Part shown: piece by piece, positions 21,298 to 31,744 of the stretch
Numbering within the stretch: the stretch's first letter is position 1
How the letters are laid out: every line of letters begins with the position of its first letter
DNA from: an uncultured delta proteobacterium
GTDB lineage: Bacteria > Myxococcota_A > Polyangia > Polyangiales > Polyangiaceae
DNA length: 64,000 nucleotides
Assembly: GCA_963841435.1 (NCBI GenBank)
Contig: CAWJCS010000005.1
Span: 1,056,001-1,120,000 of the forward strand
Direction: 5' to 3'
Program-made: the position numbers and the translations under genes
Notes under the pieces: model-generated
The model's database searches: none
Told to the model about the DNA's origin: nothing
Seen by the model: only the letters and a program-made list of their open reading frames with translations

Positions 21298-22203
21298 TTA
21301 CGAGAAACGCCGCGCCGCGACCTCGTCGAGCCACTCGACGTTCTCGTCGCGCAGCCAGGTGCGCTGGCGCCGCGCGAAGACGCGCGTCGCGCGCCGGATC
21401 GAATCGCCGAGCGCGGGCTCGTCGAGCGAAGCGCCCGACTTGATCGCGGCGAGAATTTGCCGGTAGCCGACCGAGCCCATCGCGCGGGCGTGCTCGTAGC
21501 CGCGGGCGCAGAGCGCGCGCACCTCGTCGATCCAGCCGGCTGCCAGCATCGCGTGCACGCGCGTCTCGATGCGCCGGTCGAGCTCGGCGGGCTCGCGCCG
21601 CAAACCGACGAGGCGCACTTCGTAGCGCGGGGTCCGAAAGCCGTGACCTTCGTGGAAGTGAGCGAGCGGCGTGCCCGTGAGCTCGAAGACCTCGAGCGCC
21701 CGGCTCACGCGCACGAAGTCGTTCGGAGCAAGCTTCCCGGCCCCCTCCGGGTCGACGCGGGCAAGCATGGCGTGGAGGGCCGAGCGCCCCTCGGAGTCCG
21801 CGAGCGCGCGGTGCCGCTCGCGCAGCGCGGCGTCACCGGGCGGCGCCGGTGCAAGCCCGTAGAGCAACGCCCGCACCCACAGGAACGACCCGCCGCACAC
21901 GATCGGCTCGCGCCCGCGCTCGAGCACCTCGGCGACGGCGCGCGACGCGAGCTCGGCCCAGCGCGCGGCGTCGATGGGCTCCATCGGGTCCAAAAGGTCG
22001 ACCAGGTGATGGGCGGCGCGCGCTCTCTCCGCGGCGGTCGGCTTGCCCGTGCCGACATCGAAGTGCCGGTACACCTGCACGCTGTCGGCGCCGATGATCT
22101 CCCCGCGGCGCCGCTCCGCGAGCTCCAGGGCAAGCTCGGTCTTCCCGGAAGCCGTGGGCCCGACCACGACGACGAGCGGCGGCAGGCCCGCTTCCTCCGT
22201 CAC
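21298..22203 (-). CDS. miaA: tRNA dimethylallyltransferase
   Basis: VVGPTASGKT, ADSVQVYR..DVGTGKP, RVSRALEV, FARRQRTW. Confidence 0.95.
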   Translation of the reverse strand: MTEEAGLPPLVVVVGPTASGKTELALELAERRRGEIIGADSVQVYRHFDVGTGKPTAAERARAAHHLVDLLDPMEPIDAARWAELASRAVAEVLERGREPIVCGGSFLWVRALLYGLAPAPPGDAALRERHRALADSEGRSALHAMLARVDPEGAGKLAPNDFVRVSRALEVFELTGTPLAHFHEGHGFRTPRYEVRLVGLRREPAELDRRIETRVHAMLAAGWIDEVRALCARGYEHARAMGSVGYRQILAAIKSGASLDEPALGDSIRRATRVFARRQRTWLRDENVEWLDEVAARRFS

Positions 22204-24050
22204 TAGCGCCGCCCGACCTTGCGCTCGAGCTCGGCCCAGGAAAGGAATGTCACCACGGGCCGGCCGTGGGGGCAGTGACCGGCAAAGTCGGCCTCGTCGA
22301 GCGACGTGAGCAGCGCCCGAGCTTCGCTACCGGTCAGGGGATCGCCGGCGCGCACGGAGCCGTGGCACGCCATGGTCGCAAGCGCCAGATCGACCGCATC
22401 CGAGAAGCCGCGGCCGCCACTGCGCGACACCTCGCTCAGCAGATCGCGCAGCAGCCGCTCGGCACTTGCTCGAATGAGAAGCTTCGGCACGGCGTGCACG
22501 CTGACGCTCTCGGAGCCGCGCACGCGCACGTCGAGGCCGACTTCGGCGATCTCGCTCGCGTGCTCGGCGAGGATGTCGGACTCGGCGGGCGTCACGTCGA
22601 AGACAATCGGGAAAAGCAGGGCCTGCGACGGCACGGAGCGCGACTGGTAGGCGCGCCTGAGGCGCGTGAAGGTGACGCGCTCGGCGGCGGCATGCTGGTC
22701 GAGCAGGTAGATCCCCTCCTCGCCCTCGCAACAGAGGAAGGTCTGACGGAGCTGGGCGACGAACGTCAGGCTCGACCAGCGGACGGCAGGGCTCGGCTCG
22801 ATGCGCGCCGCCGCGGAATCGCGCACGGCGATCAGCGTGCGCTCGGCCGCGGGGTCGTGAGGATCCGGCCCCGTGACGCCTCCCGTGATCGCCGTGAGCA
22901 CCGCGTGGCGCGTGTGGCTCGTGTCGGCGGGCGCGCCGGCGTCGAAGAGCGCACCGGGTGACGGCGAGGCTGCCGGGCGTGGCTCGAGGGGCTCCCTCGT
23001 CGTGACGCTCGTGGGCTGCGCCGGTGCCGGGCGGCGTCCCCAGCTCGCGCGCTCGGGCGTCGGGAGGGAAAACGCGCTCGAGAGGGCACGAGAGAGCAGC
23101 GCGTAGACGGCATCGTTGACGGCGCGCGGGTCGGCGAAACGCACCTCCGCCTTCTGGGGATGGACGTTCACGTCGACGAGCTCCGGCGCGAGATCGAGGT
23201 ACACCACGCCGCGCGGGTAGCGGCCGCGCTCGAGCACGCTGCCGTAGGCCTGGGCCACGGCCACGTTGAGCGCCCGGTCGCGGATGGAGCGGCCATTGAC
23301 GAGGAGCCGAAGACCACCGGCTCCGGCCCGTGCTGCCTCCGGTCGCGACAGATAAGCCTCAACGGCGAGCGGTCCCCGCTGCCCGCCGCAGGGCGCGAGC
23401 TCTTCGTCGGGGACGAGCTGGCGAACGCGCTCGGCGCGGTCGGCGGCGCGCAGAAGCTCACGAACGCGGCGGCCGTCGCGCGTGAGCGTGAAGGTGACGC
23501 CCGGGCGAGACAGCGCCGCCGCCTCGACGACGTCCGTCACGTGCCCGGATTCGGTTCCGCTCGAGCGCAAGAACTTGCGGCGCGCCGGCACGTTGAAGAA
23601 GAGCTCCCCGACCTCGACCAGCGTGCCCGGCGCCATGCCCGCTGGTCGCACGCTGCGCTCGCTTCCCGGATCGGCGCGCACCTCGGTGCCCGACTCGGCA
23701 CTTCGCGCCCGCGTGCGCAGGCGAAACCGACTCACCGAAGCGATGCTCGGCAACGCCTCACCGCGAAAGCCGAAGCTCGCGAGCCGGTCCAGGTCCTCGA
23801 AGCTCGCGAGCTTGCTCGTCGCGTGCCGCTCGAGCGCGCGCTCGGCGTCCTCCGCGTCCATGCCGCTGCCGTCGTCCGAAACGAGGATGCGCTGGATGCC
23901 GCCTCCTTCGATCTCAACGTCGCAGCGCGTGGCCTCCGCGTCGAGCGCGTTTTCGACGAGCTCCTTGACCACGCTCGCCGGTCGCTCGACGACCTCGCCG
24001 GCCGCGATCTGGCTGGCAAGCTCCGGGGAAAGGACGAGGATCCGGGGCAC
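22203..24050 (-). CDS. mutL: DNA mismatch repair endonuclease MutL
   Basis: IAAGEVVERPASVVKELVENALDA, GFRGEAL, DVNVHPQK, DQHAAAER, ACHGS, CPHGRP. Confidence 0.97.
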   Translation of the reverse strand: MPRILVLSPELASQIAAGEVVERPASVVKELVENALDAEATRCDVEIEGGGIQRILVSDDGSGMDAEDAERALERHATSKLASFEDLDRLASFGFRGEALPSIASVSRFRLRTRARSAESGTEVRADPGSERSVRPAGMAPGTLVEVGELFFNVPARRKFLRSSGTESGHVTDVVEAAALSRPGVTFTLTRDGRRVRELLRAADRAERVRQLVPDEELAPCGGQRGPLAVEAYLSRPEAARAGAGGLRLLVNGRSIRDRALNVAVAQAYGSVLERGRYPRGVVYLDLAPELVDVNVHPQKAEVRFADPRAVNDAVYALLSRALSSAFSLPTPERASWGRRPAPAQPTSVTTREPLEPRPAASPSPGALFDAGAPADTSHTRHAVLTAITGGVTGPDPHDPAAERTLIAVRDSAAARIEPSPAVRWSSLTFVAQLRQTFLCCEGEEGIYLLDQHAAAERVTFTRLRRAYQSRSVPSQALLFPIVFDVTPAESDILAEHASEIAEVGLDVRVRGSESVSVHAVPKLLIRASAERLLRDLLSEVSRSGGRGFSDAVDLALATMACHGSVRAGDPLTGSEARALLTSLDEADFAGHCPHGRPVVTFLSWAELERKVGRR

Positions 24051-24059
24051 CGCCCGATG

Positions 24060-24908
24060 CTACAGGAGCCCGGCGCGCTCCGCTGCTTCGGCGAGCGCGC
24101 CGCCTTGCTCGTCGTCGGCGTCGAGCACGTGGTCGGCCGCTTCCTGGACCTCTTCGGGCGCCTGGGCCATGGCGAACGACAGGCCTGCCCGCCGCAGCAT
24201 GGGAATGTCGTTCACCCAGTCGCCGACGGCCACCACTTCGTCGACGCGCACGCCGTAGTGCTGCGCCAGCCAGGCAATCGCCGTTCCTTTGTCGAAACCG
24301 GCGGCTCGGACGAGGATCGCCCAGGGGGCGCGGCCGTGCTCGTCTTCTACACCGTACGATTCGAAGCACACGCACTGCAGCGCGTGCGCGCCGCGATCTT
24401 TGAGGGCGCGCTCGGCTTCGTGGATACGCTCGCGGTCGGCGAGGGCAAGCACGGCGGGGATGTCGTGCTCGTCGCTCCAGCCGGGCTTCGTCAAGAGGTC
24501 GGCCACGCGGCGAGTTCGGCGGGACCAGGTGCGCACGTAGCCGAGGTACCGATCGCCGTCGTCGTCGTGAAAGAGCTGCTCCGACGAGAAGGCGAACGAC
24601 GTGGCTTCGTGCTCGTTCAGGATCCCGAACAGAAGCGCGAGCGCCGGGGCGTCGAGCGCGGCGCAGGAGAGATCTCGTCCCGTGATCGACGCCGCGACGT
24701 GGCTGCCGTCGACGCAGGCAAGCGGCGCGTCGAGGCCGAGCTCGAGGGCAATGGGCTGGGTCCCCGTGAACATCCGCCCGGTGCAGAGCGTGACGTGGAT
24801 CCCGCGCTCGAGGAGCAGCCGCACGGCGCGCCGATCGGTTTCGCGAAGCTCCCCCTCCGGGCCGAGCAGCGTCCCGTCGATGTCGCTGACGAGAAGCCGA
24901 GGTGAAAT
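24060..24908 (-). CDS. Cof-type HAD-IIB hydrolase (start codon non-canonical or affected by an indel)
   Basis: SDIDGTLL (upstream of the first GTG), CTGR, DKG, GDWVNDIPML. Confidence 0.88.
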   Translation of the reverse strand: MSPRLLVSDIDGTLLGPEGELRETDRRAVRLLLERGIHVTLCTGRMFTGTQPIALELGLDAPLACVDGSHVAASITGRDLSCAALDAPALALLFGILNEHEATSFAFSSEQLFHDDDGDRYLGYVRTWSRRTRRVADLLTKPGWSDEHDIPAVLALADRERIHEAERALKDRGAHALQCVCFESYGVEDEHGRAPWAILVRAAGFDKGTAIAWLAQHYGVRVDEVVAVGDWVNDIPMLRRAGLSFAMAQAPEEVQEAADHVLDADDEQGGALAEAAERAGLL

Positions 24909-24914
24909 CGGCGC

Positions 24915-25178
24915 TCAGTTCGTCGCGGCCGGATCCACCGACACGCGCTTCTTGGTCTTGCTGTCGTGCTCGTACTTCACGAGGCCATCAACGAGCGCGA
25001 ACAGGGTGTAGTCCCGCGCAACGCCGACGTTACGTCCGGGGTTGATGGTCTGGCCGACCTGCCGCACGAGGATGCCGCCCGCGCGCACGAACTCACCGCC
25101 GAAGACCTTCACTCCGCGAAACTGAGCGTTGGAGCCGCGCCCGTTCCGGGTGGAGCCGCCACCTTTCTTGTGTGCCAT
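24915..25178 (-). CDS. rpmA: 50S ribosomal protein L27
   Basis: [14 protein letters not shown]...GVK...ILVRQ...DYTLFA. Confidence 0.97.
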   Translation of the reverse strand: MAHKKGGGSTRNGRGSNAQFRGVKVFGGEFVRAGGILVRQVGQTINPGRNVGVARDYTLFALVDGLVKYEHDSKTKKRVSVDPAATN

Positions 25179-25182
25179 CGCC

Positions 25183-25494
25183 CTATCCCTCGACCTTGGT
25201 GATCTTCACCGCCGAAAAGCTCTGCCGATGCCCGGCCTTGCGCCGAGAGCGCTTGCGCTTTCGGAACTTGAAGACGATGAGCTTCTCGCCCTTCACCTCG
25301 CCGACGATCTCGCCTTCGACGGAAGCGCCTGCCACTTTGGGCGTGCCGATCTTCGGCTCATCGCCGCCGATCGCGAGGACGTCGTCGAAAGTGACCTTGT
25401 CGCCGGCGTTGCCGGTCAAGAGGTCGATCCGGACGGTCTCGCCCTCGGCCACCCGGTATTGTTTGCCGCCACTGCGGATCACTGCGTAGGCCAT
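25183..25494 (-). CDS. rplU: 50S ribosomal protein L21
   Basis: [13 protein letters not shown]...GHRQ; directly upstream of rpmA. Confidence 0.97.
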   Translation of the reverse strand: MAYAVIRSGGKQYRVAEGETVRIDLLTGNAGDKVTFDDVLAIGGDEPKIGTPKVAGASVEGEIVGEVKGEKLIVFKFRKRKRSRRKAGHRQSFSAVKITKVEG

Positions 25495-25600
25495 TTGGGG
25501 CGGCGGAACCTAGCCGAACATCCCAACGCACGCAAGGAAGGCAGCCTGAACGGACGAGGGGCTTGCGCCTCGGGGGCGAAACAGGGGAGATTCCCGGGGC

Positions 25601-26197
25601 ATGGCATCGTCCGACTCGATGCGCCCGCTTCCCCCGCCGTCCCTCCCGCCCGCCCGGCCGGGGATGCCCAGCATTCAGCCCGACTCGGGGACGCGCACGG
25701 CCGAAGAGGTCGAGGTGGACGCCCTCACCCGCTTGCCGGCAGGCTTTGCTCCCGAGACCGCCATCGACGATCAGATCGAGGACCTCGAGCGCTGGGCCGC
25801 CGTCAACCTCCGTCAGGATCGCAACGAGCGCATCCGCTTCTGGGTGCTCCGCGGCATCACCTTCCTCGGAGCGAGCGGCGCGGCCGTCGCCGCGGGGCTC
25901 GTCTTGCCGCGGCTCGCGGCAGGGCTCGGCGCAGCGGCGGCGCTTGCCATCGCCATCGACTCCGCCTGGCCCGTCGCGTTCCGTAACCCCGCCGTTCGCG
26001 CGGTGCACGAGCTCCGAGAGCTTCAGAACATGCTCCGGCTCCGCTGGGACAAGGTGCGGCTCGCCCATCCCGATCCTACGGCGCCCCAGCGGGTGGCCCA
26101 CGCCATGGCCATGCTCGACGCCGTGCAGGCCAAGCGCGAAGAGATCGGCAAGTATCTCGTCCGGTCCGAGCCGTCGCACGGCATCCTCAGGCGCTGA
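25601..26197 (+). CDS. two-TM membrane protein, SLATT/DUF4231-like architecture
   Basis: Helix, TM hairpin, then C-terminal helical region; GC3-biased frame. Confidence 0.55.
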   Translation: MASSDSMRPLPPPSLPPARPGMPSIQPDSGTRTAEEVEVDALTRLPAGFAPETAIDDQIEDLERWAAVNLRQDRNERIRFWVLRGITFLGASGAAVAAGLVLPRLAAGLGAAAALAIAIDSAWPVAFRNPAVRAVHELRELQNMLRLRWDKVRLAHPDPTAPQRVAHAMAMLDAVQAKREEIGKYLVRSEPSHGILRR

Positions 26198-26252
26198 GGC
26201 CGGGGGCAAGCCTCCGAAACACGAGAAGCGCCCCGTCCGACGGCGCCCGGGC

Positions 26253-27209
26253 TCAGAGGCCCAGCGAGCGGTCCAGCGCGTCGACGAACGTCGCCGCGCT
26301 CGGCGCCTTGCCGAGCACGACTCGCGTGACCTCCGCACCGCCGAGCTCGGGGCGCACGGCCCGTTCGGGCCCGGAGCCGCCCGACGCGGGGGCCGGCACG
26401 ACGGGCGGCACCTGCGCCGTGGGCGACGGCGGCGACGGCGCCGTCGGCACGATGGGCAGGTCGTACATGCCCGAGGGCATCTGCGTGCGCGGCAATGCCA
26501 CTTCGAGCTCCTCGGGCGGGCGCTCGGCGGGCGACTCGGGCTGGCCCGCGCTCACGTCGATTTCGAGCACGGGGCCGCGCGGCGGCTCGAGCTCGATCGT
26601 CTCGCCGAGCTGCTCTGCGGTCGGGCCCATCGACGGGGGCCCGGTGAGATCCGCTTCGAGCTCGTCAACGTCGGGGATGCGGGGCGCCTCGATGCCGGTC
26701 GGCAAAGGCGCGGCCGCTTGCGGTCCCGACTCGGGCGGCGGCGTCTTGACGGGAACCTCGCGCTCATCCTCGGCTTCCGTCGCGCTCGCGATCGCCTCGT
26801 CGATCGTCTGGGCCACCTTCGTGCGGCTGGACGAGATCGGCGGCTCTTCGTCGTCGGGGACCACGACGGGCTCTTCGACCGTGGCAGGTGCCTCGGCTTC
26901 GGGCGGAATGGTCGTCACCTCGAGGAGGTCGTCGTCGCTGAGCTCCTCGGGCGGCAGGCTCGAGGGTCGCGGCTGCACGGCGGAGCCGGGCTCGGGTTGC
27001 CACGACGGCGGCTGGGGCAACGGCGACGGCGGCGCCGCGACGGCGGCGACCGGAGCCGGCTCCGACCGGGCGACCTCGACCGCGACGTCCTCGGGGCCGG
27101 GCGGCGGCGGCGCCGAAGTGTGCGGCGCGGGCTCGCGCGCGAGCCCCGCGTTGCGACGCACGCGGTCGAGCAAGACCTCGAGGCGCGCAACGCGCTCGCG
27201 CGGCGTCAT
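26253..27209 (-). CDS. Pro/Glu-rich disordered hypothetical protein
   Basis: Ordered termini (RLEVLLDRVRRNA; TFVDALDRSLGL) around a low-complexity core; ATGA overlap with the upstream gene. Confidence 0.7.
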   Translation of the reverse strand: MTPRERVARLEVLLDRVRRNAGLAREPAPHTSAPPPPGPEDVAVEVARSEPAPVAAVAAPPSPLPQPPSWQPEPGSAVQPRPSSLPPEELSDDDLLEVTTIPPEAEAPATVEEPVVVPDDEEPPISSSRTKVAQTIDEAIASATEAEDEREVPVKTPPPESGPQAAAPLPTGIEAPRIPDVDELEADLTGPPSMGPTAEQLGETIELEPPRGPVLEIDVSAGQPESPAERPPEELEVALPRTQMPSGMYDLPIVPTAPSPPSPTAQVPPVVPAPASGGSGPERAVRPELGGAEVTRVVLGKAPSAATFVDALDRSLGL

Positions 27210-27757
27210 GACGGCACCGTTTCGTTGAGGCGGGCGAGCGCTTCGCTCCAGCCCACACCGGTGCCGAGCCAGCCGCGCACCCGATCGGCCGTCTGGGGGC
27301 TCACGACGAGCAACCGCACCGTCGCGTCGTCGCGCACGAGCACGACCACGCTCGCATGACGACCGAAGGCGCGCTGCACGGCACCCTCGAGCACGCCGGC
27401 GAGCAGCTCGTCGCCTTCGCCCCGCAGCGGGGACGCCTGCACGTTCGCCACGAGGGCGGCACCCCAGCGCTCGAACGAGAGCGAGCCCAGACCCATCAGG
27501 GCGATCTCACCGCCCAGGTGCTCGACGACGGCTTCGAGCCCGGCGCCGGAATCGAGGCGCTCGGCCACGCGCCGCCCCGCCTCGGTGCCCAGGCGGCGGG
27601 CAAAGTCCCGGCGCGTTTCGACGTCGGCGCCGCGCATGAGCGCCGTCAGCGCATCGGCAGGCAAGACGATACGATCGAGGGAGCCGCTCAGCCTGACCGT
27701 CCCGCGATCGAGGTTGAACTCCAAGGAATGCGTCGGGTCGAAGCGCGGCGTGCCCAT
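27206..27757 (-). CDS. hypothetical protein, V4R-like fold possible
   Basis: LEFNLDRGTV...RIVLP...MGLGSL...LAGVLEG pattern. Confidence 0.65.
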   Translation of the reverse strand: MGTPRFDPTHSLEFNLDRGTVRLSGSLDRIVLPADALTALMRGADVETRRDFARRLGTEAGRRVAERLDSGAGLEAVVEHLGGEIALMGLGSLSFERWGAALVANVQASPLRGEGDELLAGVLEGAVQRAFGRHASVVVLVRDDATVRLLVVSPQTADRVRGWLGTGVGWSEALARLNETVPS

Positions 27758-27825
27758 GGCTTTGTGCCGGAGAGGAAGGCTCAGTATAGGGTCCCCTGCT
27801 GGAAGCGTGTCAAATTCGTCCCGAA

Positions 27826-29244
27826 GTGAGCGCGCGCTTCACCCCCAGGCCGACGCTCCGCCGCCTCGCGCTTTTGGCCGCGGCGGCCGGCCTCTACCCT
27901 TGCGTGCCCTCGGCTGCGCTCGGCGCTCCCGCCGAGCGACCGATCTTGCTCGGAGGGGCGCCCGACGAGGCATCGCACGAGGTCACGACCGATCCACGGC
28001 TGCCGGTCGGCGCGCCGTTCGAAACGCCGGCGCGCCCGCCGAGCTACGACCGAGCCTGCAGCGCTCGCTTGCCCGTCTGCGTCCACGCGGTGGCGCCGAA
28101 GATCGACGCCGAAACGGTCGGTACGGCGCTCGACGCGCTCGAGAGCGCGTACGAGCGGATCGTCTACGGACTCATGCTGCCGGCACCGCTCGCCGACTGG
28201 GGTGAGGGAGGCAGCGACGCCCTCGACCTCTACCTGACGCCGCCCGACGCCACCTCCGCGAGCTACGAGCGCGTGAGCGTTCACGCCACGGCACGCCGCC
28301 CCGGTGGCTTCGACCGGAGCGCGGCCTTTTGCGAGGCCATGGCCGACGGCGGTGCGCTCATCGAACGCGCTGCGACGCTTTGTGTCGGCGAGGCGCTGGG
28401 CCTCCGTCTCGATCCCGCCGAAACACCCGACCTTCGGCGCGCGTTCGCCACCGAGCTCTGGTGGATCGTCGGCCTGCCCACCGCCTTCGACTTCGAGGCG
28501 CTCGCGAGCGTGCAGTCACGACCCTTCCGCGCGATCGCGGGGCGCGACCTCGGGCCGACGAGCGAGGGCGGCGCGCTCTTCTTCGAGTACCTCGAACGGC
28601 GGCTCGGTCGGACCGACGACGGAACGCTGTCGACCGCGCTCCTCGCGGCGTCCGCGCAGACGACGCCCGCCGCGGCCGCCACCTGGCAAAACGAGCCCGA
28701 CACGTTCGACGTGCTGCGCCACACCCTCGACGAGAGTGAAGCGAAGCTCGCTAACCTGCTCGGCGCCTTCGGGGTCTCACGCGCGTTCGTCGGCAGCCGG
28801 GACGACGGCGAGCACCTGCCGGATCTCGGATGGTCGGGCACGTTCGGTGCGGCGACCATGGATTGGACGCTGCCGTTCGCCTCGCTGCCCCGCCGCGTGC
28901 GGCTCACGCCGGTCGAGCCCACGGGCACGGCGCTCGTCTGGGTCGACCTCAGGGGTGCGCCGCGGGGCGCGCCGCTCGGCTTCCAGGCGGAGTGGGAGCC
29001 GCCCGCAGAGTTTCAGTGGGTGCTCGTGCGCGTCGACAGCGCGGGTCGCGAGCTTGGCAGGCTCGAGGTGCCGTTCCAGGAGCGCGAGACACACGTGGAG
29101 GCCCGGCTCGTCAACATCGGTGACGCCGCAGGCGTGCTCGTTGCCGGCACGCACCTCGAGCGCGTCGACGGCGACCACCCGTTCGACCCCGACGTGGCGC
29201 CGTTCGAGCCGCACGGCGCCATGTTGTACGTCGTCGAGCTGTGA
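27826..29244 (+). CDS. secreted hypothetical protein, degenerate metallopeptidase-like
   Basis: Signal peptide; CVH, LPAPLADWGEGGSDALDLYL, GGALFFEYL; no HExxH. Confidence 0.65.
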   Translation: MSARFTPRPTLRRLALLAAAAGLYPCVPSAALGAPAERPILLGGAPDEASHEVTTDPRLPVGAPFETPARPPSYDRACSARLPVCVHAVAPKIDAETVGTALDALESAYERIVYGLMLPAPLADWGEGGSDALDLYLTPPDATSASYERVSVHATARRPGGFDRSAAFCEAMADGGALIERAATLCVGEALGLRLDPAETPDLRRAFATELWWIVGLPTAFDFEALASVQSRPFRAIAGRDLGPTSEGGALFFEYLERRLGRTDDGTLSTALLAASAQTTPAAAATWQNEPDTFDVLRHTLDESEAKLANLLGAFGVSRAFVGSRDDGEHLPDLGWSGTFGAATMDWTLPFASLPRRVRLTPVEPTGTALVWVDLRGAPRGAPLGFQAEWEPPAEFQWVLVRVDSAGRELGRLEVPFQERETHVEARLVNIGDAAGVLVAGTHLERVDGDHPFDPDVAPFEPHGAMLYVVEL

Positions 29245-29247
29245 GCG

Positions 29248-31740
29248 TCAGCGCTCGCGCCGTCCGGAGGCCCTGCGTCGCGAAAGACCGAGCGCGAGCG
29301 CTCCCGCGACGAGCACCCAGCCGCCGGCGTGGCGGCCGCTGCCGGCGACGAAACGACAGCCGCCGAGCGCCGACGGCAGCGACGCCGCGAGCGACGGGTC
29401 AACGGCGATCGGGACGGTCGTTTCCGAAAGCGTGTGGCCGTCGAAAACCAGCGACACCGTGAGCCTGCGACCGCCGCTCCCCGAGGGAGTCACCACGCCG
29501 AAACGATAGAGCCCCGGCGCGACACGCCCGAGCCCCGGCGCCGCGCTGCCGCCGTCGAGCGCGAGGGTGAGTCGCCTTTCGTCGAAGCCGTCGGCGATGC
29601 GGCCGCCGTCGTCGCGCAGCACGGCCAGGCCCGTCAGCGGCCACGCAGGATCGGGGTGAGCCAGCGCGTCACCGAGCACGAGGCGGCTCTCGGAGCCGGG
29701 CAAGCGCGCGGGGGCGTCCCCCGAGCCCGCCTCGGCGACTTGGAGCGTCTGCTCGAGGTCGAGCGCGCCCGGACCGACCTGCTGCGCCGTGAGCACGACC
29801 CCGCCGAGCGGCCGAGTGCCGGCCTGCAACAACGCGCGCGCCCCGTCCTGATCCAGCGTGGGATCGCGCTCGAACAGGAGCGCGATCGCGCCCGTGACGA
29901 GCGGCGCTGCCATCGACGTGCCCGAGGTCACGGCGTAGAGGTCGCTCACGACCGAACAGGCCGCCGTGAACCCGGCCTCGGTGCAACGCTCACCGTCGTC
30001 GAAGAGCCCGCCCGCCCCTTCGGCGCGCGGATCGGCACCGTGAGCGAGCGCGCCGATGAGGTTGCCCCCCGGTGCGACGAGGTCGGGTTTGAGCGTGCCG
30101 TCCGCCGACGGTCCCGCTCCCGAAAAATAGGCGCTCGTGTCGGGAGGCGCCGGGTCGAGCGCGCCGAACGCGGAAAACGTCACGGCCTCGCCCGCGTAGT
30201 CGATCCAGTCGGTTCGATTGAGCGTCGCTCCCACGGCAATGAGCCCGGCCGCGCTCGCGGGGATCGACACCGTGCCCTGGCGCTCGGCGCGCGGCAAAAG
30301 CGGGCCGACGCTGCGCGCAGGGCTGAGCGGACCGTCGCCCTCGACCCAGAGGCTGGCCGTACCGGGCCCTTCGAAACGCAGACCGAACAGATTGCTGCTC
30401 GGAAACGTCCCCGAGATCATGATCGCGGCGCCGTGCGTTCCCCGCGGGACGACGCCTGCTTCCGACGCGAGGTCGTTCACGATCGTGATCTCGACGTCGT
30501 CGTGCGAAAATTGCCCGCTCGTGCCCGGCCGGACGAGCGAGGTCACGGGGCCCGACCGGTCGTCGACGCCGATGGCGAGTGCATCGCCGGCGCGCGTGCC
30601 CACCCACGCGTAGATGGCGCCCTGCGTGATGCCCCGCGAGGTGGGCGGCGTGACGATGGGGACGAGCGCGCTCGCCCCGTCGGGCACGTGCACCGACGTG
30701 TGGATACCGAGTGGCTCCGGAACTCCGGTGTAAAGTCCCGTGTACAGGCCCGCGCTGTTGCCAGCGGCCACGACGATGGCTCGCCCCGGGTGCTCGGCGC
30801 CGACCAGGCTCGAAAGGCCCCGCTCGAGGCCGGAGCTGCCGTCGTGCCCGCCGAAGTCGCCGCCAAGGCTCAAGTTGAGCACGGCAGGCATGCCGAGCTC
30901 GGCCGCCCGCTCGAACACGAAGCGCGCGGCCTTGAGCACGTCCGTATCGAAAATCCCGCCGCCGCGCCGCGTGACTCGCGCGACGACGAGCGTCGCCTCG
31001 GGAGCGACGCCGACGAACCGAGCCGGGCTCTCGGAGCGCCCGTTGCCGGCGGCGAGCGAAGCGACGTGCGTCCCATGGCCGATCGGATCGTTCGGGTCGT
31101 CGTCGGGGTCACCGTTGGCGAGCAGCTCGTCGACGTCGGTGCCCGTCAGGACCGCGCAAGGCACCGCCGTATCGTCGTCGGGGTCCGTCCGGCAGCCGAG
31201 CTCGTCTTCGAGCTCGGGGTGCCGCTCCATGCGCTCGCGCGAAAAATCGAGCCAGTAGGCGACGCGCGTCCCCAGGCTGCTCTCGCGCAAGTCGGGGTGC
31301 GTCGGGTCGATGCCGGTGTCGAGCAGGCCGACAACGACGCCCCGGCCGCTCAGGCCGGTGTCGTTGCGGAAGGCGGATGCCCGCACGAAGCCGTCGGCCC
31401 GATCGAGCATCAGGCGGCGCGGCGGGGCCCAGGTAAGCCCCAGATCGGGGTGCGTTCCGGCGAAGTCGGCGAGCGCGTCCGCGCCGAGATCGAGCACGCC
31501 GAGCCGCGTTCCGGCGCTCGTCGTGCCGATCGACACGAAGCCGGCCGGAGCCTCGCGCCCCTCGGGCAGCTCCGTGACCACGCCGACGCTCGGGCCGAGC
31601 ACCCGGGGAAGCGCGCTCTCGGTCGAGCGTGAAAGCGCAGCGAGGTCGATGTCGGCCCGCGCCGGACGACCGAGCAAGAAGAGCAGCGCGAAGAGCGCGA
31701 GCCCGGCGCTGTGACTGCGACACAGGCGCTCCCGTTGCAT
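29248..31740 (-). CDS. S8 subtilase-family serine peptidase with MYXO-CTERM-like tail
   Basis: LLDTGID, GHGTHVA, AAGN, SGTSMAAP; tail GGC...WVLVAGALALGLSRRR. Confidence 0.93.
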   Translation of the reverse strand: MQRERLCRSHSAGLALFALLFLLGRPARADIDLAALSRSTESALPRVLGPSVGVVTELPEGREAPAGFVSIGTTSAGTRLGVLDLGADALADFAGTHPDLGLTWAPPRRLMLDRADGFVRASAFRNDTGLSGRGVVVGLLDTGIDPTHPDLRESSLGTRVAYWLDFSRERMERHPELEDELGCRTDPDDDTAVPCAVLTGTDVDELLANGDPDDDPNDPIGHGTHVASLAAGNGRSESPARFVGVAPEATLVVARVTRRGGGIFDTDVLKAARFVFERAAELGMPAVLNLSLGGDFGGHDGSSGLERGLSSLVGAEHPGRAIVVAAGNSAGLYTGLYTGVPEPLGIHTSVHVPDGASALVPIVTPPTSRGITQGAIYAWVGTRAGDALAIGVDDRSGPVTSLVRPGTSGQFSHDDVEITIVNDLASEAGVVPRGTHGAAIMISGTFPSSNLFGLRFEGPGTASLWVEGDGPLSPARSVGPLLPRAERQGTVSIPASAAGLIAVGATLNRTDWIDYAGEAVTFSAFGALDPAPPDTSAYFSGAGPSADGTLKPDLVAPGGNLIGALAHGADPRAEGAGGLFDDGERCTEAGFTAACSVVSDLYAVTSGTSMAAPLVTGAIALLFERDPTLDQDGARALLQAGTRPLGGVVLTAQQVGPGALDLEQTLQVAEAGSGDAPARLPGSESRLVLGDALAHPDPAWPLTGLAVLRDDGGRIADGFDERRLTLALDGGSAAPGLGRVAPGLYRFGVVTPSGSGGRRLTVSLVFDGHTLSETTVPIAVDPSLAASLPSALGGCRFVAGSGRHAGGWVLVAGALALGLSRRRASGRRER

Positions 31741-31744
31741 CGGA

